Shown one piece after another: positions 54,721 through 64,000 of a stretch of DNA of 64,000 nt (positions within the stretch are counted from its first letter, which is position 1; the number at the start of each line of letters is the position of its first letter). Under the pieces are notes generated by a model. The model was not told where the DNA came from. It saw only the letters and a list, made by a program, of their open reading frames with translations, and searched no databases. The translations under genes were made by a program, and so were the position numbers. The stretch spans positions 1 to 64,000 of the forward strand of contig NW_026939868.1 in assembly GCF_032062105.1 (NCBI RefSeq). The letters run 5' to 3'. Source of the DNA: Saccostrea cucullata. Taxonomy: Eukaryota.

Positions 54721-56477
54721 TATTAGCGATTACAAGTGAAAAACAGTCTTGGTCTAAAACGCGAGTTACCTCCCTTTGAAATTATAAAGCAAAACAAAAT
54801 AAAACGAAACCAAAACCAAAGACCTATATACTAAATGATATATAGGTCCCTGCCAAAACATAGGGAATTAAAAAAAATCAAAAAGTAACAGTAATGATAT
54901 TTTAGAAATATAGAAGCTAAAATATTAGAATATTTGAAGAACAAAACGAACATTAATTTCCTAATAAATATACTCTCATGTATCTAAATAATTATGAAAA
55001 TCGTCAAAGCAATTCTCAAGTAGCGTTTAATAATTCTTCAACTACTTTTAATGAGTTCATTAGAGCCACAAATTTCGATATAAATTACTGTATGTAATAT
55101 ATTTATACGACAATGCAAGATAAAACACCCAATGTGCTATTTATGATATTCGATATTAATTTATATTTTCGTAGTGTGTTTTGTAAATTTTAGCTATTTA
55201 ATTATTTTAATAGTGGATTGATTAAGGAAACGATCTATCGCAGTTTCACTTTCATTGGCGCTATAAATGAAGGTGTTTTAAAATTATTAATCTTCAAATA
55301 TAATATTAAAATACGCAGAAGATTTTTATTTAATCAGCATTCTCCGAGTCGTCTGTGAAGTCTCATTCCTTTCTAAATTAATTCTAGGTCTAAATGTTTT
55401 TACGCCGTGTAAATAAGAATTGACTGAAAAAGAAATTCATAAACTCTACCACAAACAATGTCTGAAAAACATTTTATGTGTACTTTGCATTGATTAGTAA
55501 ACTTTTTTTGTCCTCGGTAGATCTAGTACATGTAGACACAGTGTACATGTAGCTGCACGGACTAATCTTCGTCTCCCTAGTAACTGCTGAGATTCCTGTG
55601 TATTGTGTGCGTTCAAGCAGAGAGAGATTTCCTGTCACTGTACTGGGTATAATTTCACACCTTTGTGAAAGACAAAGGGTTTGGATTAGGTTTGTTTTAT
55701 TTTCACATTTTGACAGTTCTAAAACAAATCATAAACCGGGAGAAGTATAATTTTTGACATCCCCCGATCATACCGATTCCCCCAATGTCGTCTGCATGAA
55801 CCTCATATCTTTATTTAAAAACAATTAAAATATTTTAATTACAAATCCTCCCTTAAAAATAAATTACGATAAATAAAAAAAGGACCCCCCCCCCCCAACA
55901 CACACAAAAAAACCCAGAAATAATGGAAACATTTAACTTATAATGAGTATATTTACCACTGGTATTTATTCTTTCTTAATTATAATTTTAAAAACTGTAG
56001 TGGGTATTATCTTTGTACCATAACAGTTTTGTTTTTCAAATTTCGTTTATCTATTTGTTCCTTTATTAAGAAGCTACACTGAACGATCTTCACCATAAAC
56101 AGGGTATATAACTTCTTTAAGAAAATTAAAGGTATTATTTTTTTTTTGTTTTTATTTATGGAATTACTAATGAAAATATATTTCCCACGTGTTTCATGAT
56201 ATTAACTAAAAGTAAAACCTTTTGTCTTTTCAACTTCATATGTTTTCGTTGTTGTCATGCTTGTTGAAATTTATTTTTTATTGATTGTTCGAAGTCATAT
56301 AAAAAGAAAACAACTGAAGACAATACATGTATAATAAATATCTTTATAAGAATGAATTATTATAAATGCATTTAATTTCAATATAAATGTATTTTCACAA
56401 TACTACTTATTCCATTAAAATTAATTTTCATAATAATCAAATTGTCCATTATAACAATAGTAAAGATCGTAATACAT

Positions 56478-56589
56478 GTATACAAAAAAAAGTTAATGAC
56501 TGTATCTACATTGAAACTGTCCACACTACACAGACGGCACTGTTTCCAGTTCGGCGGCCTTGATGCAGACCTCGGGGTCAGAAACGAGC
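56478..56589 (-). repeat. Tandem duplicate of the transposase 3' end (last ~20 codons, stop and start of 3'UTR)
   Basis: Matches 56627-56740; encodes LVSDPEVCIKAAELETVPSV*. Confidence 0.9.
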
Positions 56590-56676
56590 TTATAGTACCG
56601 TAGATTGTACTACATGTACATGTACAGTATACACAAAAAATAGTTAATGACTGTATCTACACTGATACTGTCCACA

Positions 56677-58035
56677 CTACACAGACGGCACTGTTTCCAG
56701 TTCGGCAGCCTTGTTGCGAACTTCGGGGTCAGAAACGAGCATGTCCTGGAAATACCGGATGCTTTTTCCTCGAGATCTCTCCGTGAAAAGTTTCTTTGGA
56801 ACATCACCAGTTGCACTTCCGTTCAAAACGACACACGCTGGAACAACCTTGAAAACGTGGTCAATGTAAGTGGAACATTTCTCTGGAGTCATCTCTGTCC
56901 GCCAGAATCGCAAGATGCAGTCCTCCAATTCCTTCTTCGTTCTTGGTGTTTCACGAGCAACGCACCTCTTCAGCTCATTCCAAACCATCTCAATGGGGTT
57001 GAGGTCTGGACTCTCTGAAAAATACGTGTACATTAATAATATGATTTAAACATGCTTTCTTCCTTTAGAAAGAAAATGTAAATCTTGATTAAATGTATTT
57101 GAACATATTTAAATCATATGTTTAAAAAATATATTCCCAACTCCGTTAAATCTTTAATATTGTTTTTTATCTATTGAACTATTAAGTTTAAAGAATTACT
57201 AATTTAAAAGCTGAAAAGTGAATTTACCTGCCGGCCATGCATTCCACCAATTGATCCCGTTTTCTGTCATGAACGCTGTAGTGCGCTTCGAGGTGTGCTT
57301 TGGGTCGTTGTCTTGCTGGAAGCGATGTTCCTCACCGTGGAATTTCCTTTGGATGAAAGGCATTAAAGTGTCTTTTAAGATGCAGTCAATGTAGAACTCT
57401 GAGTCCATGATACCCTCAAACAATCGGATCTGGGAGGCACCTCTTCTGCTAATGGCGGCCCAAACATGAATCTTCAGTGGGTGCTTTGGTTTGGGTAGTA
57501 CCTGCGAAGATGATTCTTTTCTTCTGTAACTTGTTGGTTTGTTTTGGTGAAGTTGGACGGAACATTCATCTGAGAATATAACATTATCCAGGTTGTCATT
57601 TGTTGCAATCAACCGCTGACAAAATTCCACTCGCTTAACTTTTTTCACATCTCGCACCATCTGTCCATACCGAGGTTTTGAGTGTGTAAACCCAGAAGCA
57701 TCAATCGCGAACTTCGTTGTCGTCAGTCCGAAGGTAGCACCGTCTTCCTTAAGAATTCTATGGAGATCCCGACTGGAAAGAGTTGAGTCCTTGTTGAGAG
57801 AGTGTCTGATAATGTCCACATCTCGTTGACTTACAGAGGTGTTCGTTATAGGCACTGTAGGTTCACAAACATCACCAAAAAGTCCAACATTATACTTATG
57901 GATCCAGTAAGAAATTGCGATCCTCGAAACGGTGTAGCCCATTTCTTGAAGTCTTCTTTTAATCTTTGCCTGGGAAGCGCCATTCCTATGCATCCACACG
58001 ATTTCCAACTTAAGGTCATGCCTAATACGTCCCAT
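56677..58035 (-). CDS. Tc1-like DD35E transposase, 381 aa, two exons (58035-57228 and 57014-56677)
   Basis: N-terminal HTH-like region, VIFSDE, HVWAAIS, FQQDNDPKH; a 213-bp GT-AG phase-1 intron restores WPAESPDLNPIEMVWNELK; no stops. Confidence 0.95.
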
Positions 58036-59065
58036 GCTGAATTACTTTGAAAGTGATTTTTCCCTTGATAGGTTTCTGTTGATATGAGCGGAAAGGGGGG
58101 TTGGGTTGTGTGTAATATTACGTAATGTGTAGATCTGATAAGGGGATATACCTTGCCACTGTATACATGGCACGTGCAGCTATTTTTAGCGGATGGTAAA
58201 TTCCAGGTGAGGGTAGGTTTATTTTGTACAGGTGTCAATTCCTTAGGTGTTAGCAGTCTCTCTTAATCCATGTACAAAGGAAGTGATTTAATGCACATTG
58301 TACAAAAAAAAAATAAAATCTGTTGGAGGTCTTAATCTGTTAATATACTGTTAAATCACTAACAGTGATTTAAATGTAATTGTAAAAATTACATACAATA
58401 CACATTCATTCATCTCGAGGCTCCATCTATCAAATACTAAATTGATAGCGTCCAAAAGTAAAAATAGATTCTTACTAATTTTTTTAAATGAAATTAATTC
58501 TCTGTAATAGTTATTCTGTCGAATAAAATAACAACATAATCTTTTAAAATTATCGGGTTTCATTAGAATTTATTTCACGAGCACAAACTGACCTAACTGT
58601 TCAAACTTAATAAGCGGAATACGATGAATTTAGGTGTCTCATTGTTTCATACAGTTGTGATTGTGTTTAATTATTAGAGGTCGTTTTTAAAAATTCTGTA
58701 AAATAGGTGTGTGTGTGTGCGTCCGATTTTCATACATACTTAAGAAACATTTGTTAAATTAAAATAATATAACATATTTTAAGAAGAAAAAGGTATATCA
58801 AAAAAATATTATTTACAGAACGTCTGAATTTTAATTCACTTGTGAGTGTATGTCAAATTGGTCAATTATACACACGGCCTTTGGCTTTTCTACCTACTAC
58901 TTACAACGCGTGTGTTGACAGTACACAAGACTGTCTTTGTTAATTACTCAGGACCACAATTATCTTAGTGAGCAGAGCTCCTACTAACATGCTTAAAAAT
59001 CTGTTAAGAATTTATTACACCTCATTCTACGGAAAGACTACGACTGAGAAAGTTCTACAGTTTGT

Positions 59066-60631
59066 ATGACCATGGCCAGACGTTTACAGCGTGATGATAC
59101 ACACTTTATCGTGCGGTACTTATGTGATGACAATCTTCAAGTGAGAACTCGTATGTTTTTTAAGTGTGACAGTGACTCTGTGACTCTCGGAGAGGAATAT
59201 GATGTACAATGGGGGCGACCAAAGGAAGTTGACAGAGCAGTAGTTATTCATTCAGGATCAGAGCTGGAGATGCGTTCCAAGTTGAAGGATTTGTTGTTGC
59301 AGCCGACATCCCCTGTCGTCTCTTCCCCTCGTTCAGCGCATTCCCCCAGATCACCAACTCCACCCAGGCCGGAAGAACCACCACAGTCGAAACGCCGCAA
59401 AACAGAAAAATCTCTGGTAAATAAATTTAATTAATACCTGCAGTGTGACTTTCGATGTAAAATTAAATAAACATAAATCTTTACAAAGCAGTATTAAATA
59501 GATATTATGATCTAATTAGCATTCTTTCCAATTAATGATACGTAATTTTTATGTATATTGAAAGTTGATATCATTTTCAAAGTTAAAAAATGAAGTTCTT
59601 TGTTTTCAAAATAATGTGTATTTTGTCACTATAATTTTATTTTATTTCTGTTTTAGAAAATTAAAAAAAACTTTTTTTTTCAGACTAAATCCGGAAGACC
59701 GAGGGCAACGGTGATAGCCTTAGGATCCCCTCCTCCGGACGGTCCCACAGTTACAACTCTTGAACCAGCAGAAAACTTGCAGGAAACAGCGCCACTTCTG
59801 TCATCCACGTTCCTTACTCCAACACGACCTCCAGCGAATTTAACAGAACAAACTGAGGAACCAGCACCATCTGTCACACCCACGCTCTTGACTCCAACTA
59901 GACATCCTCCGACTTCCGCAGATTCGTCACTTCAGACGAGTACCCCGCTTATCAGGTTCCGGACTTACCGTCCATCCACAAGCGAGGAAGACACGGCCAG
60001 TATACAGACAATCATGCGGGAATTGCGGGACATCCGGAAATCAGATGATGTTTTCAACAAGAAGGTTTCTGCAACAAACACAAGGGTGACCGGGCTAGAG
60101 GCTCAGATGAATACAGTTTTGACCAACATTAATATTCTCATCGACCTTGTGCGGAATGGTGGCCTTCAACAACCGACCACTCAGGCTGTCAATATCATTG
60201 AGTTAAACAGTACGGACTCTGACAGTGCATCAACAGGTATTCCCGAGGAATTCCAAATTCCAGATGCAGAACTCAGGGAAATTCTCAGAGATTCTAGGAA
60301 CTCAGGTAATTTTGCAGTCAATTTGTGTAGGAAATTGTTTCCTGAACTCTATGGCGAGGGGAACCTCCGATTTGACTACAACTGGTTTGGAGGCGGAAAG
60401 CTGGGGAAGAAGGAATTAGACCCACGGAGGAAGTCGGTGATTAAGCGTTACGTGTGTTTTTTTTACCCCGAGCTTCAATCAGAGGAAAATTGGAGGGAGA
60501 GGATAGTGACAAAGATAAATGAATCGCTCCGCAGGAACGACAAAAGACTGAAGAAAAACAGCACTGCCACACTGGTAATCCCGACTGTAAATGTCGACAT
60601 GTGCGACGATGTGTTCACCTTTCACGAGTGA
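59066..60631 (+). CDS. BEN-domain protein, ~432 aa, two exons (59066-59416 and 59684-60631)
   Basis: Phase-0 intron ctg|gtaaat..ttttcag keeps frame; beta-rich N-terminal module, KRRK NLS-like motif, P/S/T linker, coiled coil, then NFAVNLCRKLFPE..KKELDPRRKSVIKRYV..W..IVTKINESLR typical of BEN. Confidence 0.85.
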
Positions 60632-62219
60632 TTATGTGATTTTTAACAGTGACAACGATTACTGTCCGTGTTTTAACAGTGACAACCATTAACATTTTTA
60701 TTGTGATACTGAAGACTTTTAGCAAAAACTTTGGATAAATAATAACCTTTTTAAATTGCACCAATTGTTTTTATTTTATTTTAATATCTGTTTTGCTGAT
60801 TTTAAAAATAAAAATTGCAATGATAAGTTTTCCAGTGGATGTGATTAAAAAACCCAGAAAATATATATATAACCATAAGTAATAAAAGAGAAAGAGAAAT
60901 CAAACACACACACCCCTCCCCCCCAAAAGAAAAGTGTACCCCGGATATATTGAATATTGATATTATAATTCCCAAGAAAAAATAGATGAAAAGAAACTTT
61001 ATATAAAAAAATAAATTCTTACTAATTTTAGATCGAAAAATGTTAAGATAATAAAAAAAGGTCAAGTTTGTTGGAAATTCTTTCTGTAAAAGTTGGCTTC
61101 GTTACATAGTTTTTGACAAGTATTTTACCTCATTGCGTTAGTACGACTGTATGTGGAAATCACGTGCAAGGTACATGTACACTGTACATGGACCCACACT
61201 TACAGGACTGAATGCCTGCGGGGCTTAAAATTTACCTGTGGCTGTAGGTATTATACTAATTCAAATACACAGGAAACGGCCAATACTAGTATACACGTGT
61301 ATTAGAAGTCATGTCTGATTGGAATAGAGGCAGGTTTTTCCAAACACAATCTATAGTATACGAAGAAAGCACCTCAGGTTGTTTCACATGAACATTATGA
61401 ACGAAATTTTGCATTTACACATATGTACGTCCAGCTTAAGGTAAAAGTGAAAATGAATTCAAGGTGAATTAAAATAAATTGTACATACAGTATGAATTTT
61501 TTCGTGTATAATTTCTTTTTGTAATGAGCATACTTGTTTAAAAATCAAATTTCGTTCTTATTTACATGTACTAAAATCTTTAATCTAAATCGGTGAACTA
61601 TAATTAGAAATCTGGAATATTACATTTTGTCACTCGACGAAAATCCGAATTGACTTGACAAGTATTTTTTGTACATAATTTTTAGTGAGTTAAAACAACA
61701 TGATTTGATTACTGTGAAAACGTTTAAAACTGTTTGCAACTTGTTTTTATAATCGGCCGTCCAGTGTTTACACAATATGATGTTTACACGCTTATTCAAT
61801 CGTCACACACGCAAACGGAGAGAGAGAGAGAAAGAGAGAGGTAATATTTAGTAGTAAAAATGTTGATTTTGTCCAAATATTAATCAAACCATGCATATAT
61901 TGGTTTAAAAATATGACATGGAATAATTGCAACGAATCTTAACTTATTTTTATGTTGGTTTATTTATTGATAACCACCGGTTTGTATTCACATGAATATG
62001 ATCATAAACGTACTATGAATACTCCTGAAAAAAGTTCAAACATTTGATATAAATAATTTTCAGTATAGAAGATGCAAACTTTTTAAAATAGCCTAAATCA
62101 TACCAAAATTTATTAAAATTAATTTTTTAAAGTTGTAAATAAGTAATTAAAAAACAGAGATAATTTATATGGCAGTACAGGTAAAAAATTAATTCACTGA
62201 GCCGGTCTACGGTAAGTTA

Positions 62220-62347
62220 CACCGCCGCGGTCTATACCTGGCTACAGGTAGGACCACGATGAAATAACCGCGGGGGTGTATCGCGGGAAGGATTAAAACA
62301 CCGCGGGGGGAGCGCGGTTTGATGCATAATCCGCGTTGGCTGTACTG
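62220..62347 (-). repeat. Right TIR plus subterminal CGCG motif array
   Basis: 6 CGCG cores at 62226, 62269, 62282, 62302, 62313 and 62332. Confidence 0.85.
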
Positions 62348-62381
62348 TATTGATCAGAGAATTTTGATACAAATTTTGTAT

Positions 62382-62516
62382 TATAATCAACGTGCTTGCA
62401 AAAGCGTTGTATCATACCCTATATAAATCGAATAGTTTATTTACTGGGACAATTTATTGGTGCAACATCACTTTTAGTTTTAAAAGTTTGTATAAGGTCA
62501 TTTCCGTTTCTTACCT
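62382..62516 (+). repeat. Direct repeat copy B (paralog of 54135-54272)
   Basis: Collinear high similarity with copy A. Confidence 0.9.
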
Positions 62517-63125
62517 TCAACCAGATTGTTCCTCCTTGTGTCATTATCTCAAACACATTCCACATTTGTGGCGGGAAAGTTTCATCCATGTAGGAGTCTT
62601 TAGAAGCCTTCGGTGCTATGTTTGCTGCTGTAGGCGAGTCTAAGGAAGCCCTTGGTGCTACAGTGAATGCTGTTGGACACTCCAAGAGGACCTTGGTGCT
62701 ACATTGCAATGGATGCTGTAGCCGAGTCGCAGGAAGCTGTTGATGTTACATTGGAATCTGTAGGCGACTCTAAGGAAGCCCTTGGAGCTACATGGATGCT
62801 GTGCGCCAGTCGAAGGAAGCCCTTGGTGCTACAATGGATGCTGTAGTCCACTCGGAGGAGAACTTTGTGATACATTGGATGCTGTAGGCCAGTCGAAGGA
62901 GAACATTGGGTGTACATCGCATTAATTGTGGGTTGTAGACCACTCGAAGGAGGACTTTGGTGATACATTTGGTGTTGTAGGCGACTCTAAGGAAGCTCTT
63001 GTTGCTACATTGGATGCTGTAGGTCAGTTTAAGGAGCACCTTGGTGTTACATTGGATGCTGTAAGAGGGTCAGTGGAAGCCATTGAAGTTATATTGGAAT
63101 CTGCAATGGAGACCAATGTCGTCAC
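62437..63125 (-). pseudogene. Frameshifted gene with 42-bp (14-aa) S/T/P/A-rich repeats and a short globular C-terminus
   Basis: About 12 diverged units (plus-strand consensus ttggatgctgtaggcgactctaaggaagcccttggtgctaca; minus strand VAPRASLESPTASN) leading into WNVFEIMTQGGTIWLKVR. Confidence 0.55.
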
Positions 63126-63294
63126 CATACTATGTTCTTAGCTCTACTGGTCAGAGACCAGAAGAGCTTCTGCGATAGTAATACGTCCGTCGTCGTCCGT
63201 TTGTTTGTCTGTAACCAATTTTATATCATATATTCATACGAATCTTTGATACTGTAGAAATTATAACTGAATACATTGTGGCATGGACAATTCT

Positions 63295-64000
63295 TTAAAA
63301 TTTGAGATGTTGATTTGTCTTTGGCAATATATTGGGAGAGAATGAATGATTTAATATGGAAAATTTGAGAAGTTTAACCTGGATGAATTCTTCAAATATA
63401 AATAAACCAAATATATTTGAGTGAGAATTTTGGTCAAAGAATTGTTGTAATAATGCTAACTTGATTGGATGTAGAATGGAAATTTTGTCGTTGTTGCACT
63501 TGCCAAGCCTTGGAGGGCGGTAGATATTGTTGGATGACACCAAACATCGACATGGAACCTTCATCACACAAAATATGCAGCCTTGGATAATCTTTTGACA
63601 ACTGGAGCAGTCCAGGGCAAGCATGGCTGTCAGGTATAGTAGGAGATGGAAGGGCGATATCTCATATAAAGAGGGTTTCAAGGTATAAAGAACAAATCGA
63701 AAGTCACATAAGTTGGTAACATCATCTCTTTGGTTGAAGATTGCAGAAAGACAGCTGGGCGAGGCAGATGCAGTCAGGACTGTGTGGTGGTTTCTTTACA
63801 ATGAGATAACTGGTTTGAAGAAAATGTTGCATAGTGTTGGTTATCATCAAAGTTCAGAAACTATTTCGGGGTATTCTTGAGTTGAGTGCAGTCTGGTAAT
63901 GAATAATAGTACAACAGATCCCTACGAGAAATATGAAATTGTGGAAATTTTTCCGAAATAATAATCTGTACTTGTGTAATTGATGATTGTAGTATAAAAT
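63295..64000 (-). pseudogene. Envelope-like glycoprotein remnant of a Gypsy-type LTR element
   Basis: PSCLSAIF..NLCDFRF..CIFCVMKVPCRC..PPRLGKC..HPIKLALLQQFF Cys pattern recalled from invertebrate Gypsy env-like proteins; frameshifts upstream; runs off the window. Confidence 0.55.

Larger units (their letters stand above)
54582..62347 (-). mobile_element. 7,766-bp Tc1-like (ITm) transposon with transposase and BEN-domain cargo gene
   Basis: TA at 54580-54581 and 62348-62349; TIRs CAGTACAGTCAACGCGGTTTATGCAT versus CAGTACAGCCAACGCGGATTATGCAT (24/26, similarity continues to ~50 bp); encloses both genes. Confidence 0.9.

Noticed and set aside
54448-54726. 92-aa ORF
   Set aside because: Spans the flank/TIR junction and is open only because the TIR region is GC-rich
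56647-58238. Overlapping ORFs 56647-57018(+), 57802-58050(+) and 57846-58238(-)
   Set aside because: Antisense or alternate-frame shadows of the transposase
54135-62516. LTR pair around the transposase and BEN genes
   Set aside because: No TG..CA ends, PBS or gag/pol; the TIRs with TA duplication inside explain the element better

Overview
AT-rich eukaryotic DNA, most likely from an oyster or related bivalve. This is inferred from Cg170-like satellite fragments, Helentron-associated HINE elements with GTCY microsatellites, Meta-type SINEs with (CAAT)n tails and GT-AG introns. Almost all of the window is transposon debris: SINEs, HINEs, MITEs, decayed Penelope, I-clade, CACTA, MULE and Kolobok-type fragments, RecQ-like, SWIM and HECT pseudogene pieces, an env-like remnant and three tandem arrays. 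The exception is an apparently intact 7,766-bp Tc1-like DNA transposon (54582-62347) with a TA target duplication and imperfect ~50-bp CAGT-starting TIRs. It carries two divergently transcribed spliced genes with open frames: a 381-aa DD35E transposase and a ~432-aa coiled-coil/BEN-domain cargo protein. Both element ends hold clusters of CGCG motifs. A dense octamer/CRE/NF-kB site cluster (43680-43846) and a nuclear-receptor half-site cluster with a TATA box (45733-46196) are also notable. All family assignments come from manual motif recognition; no database searches were run.
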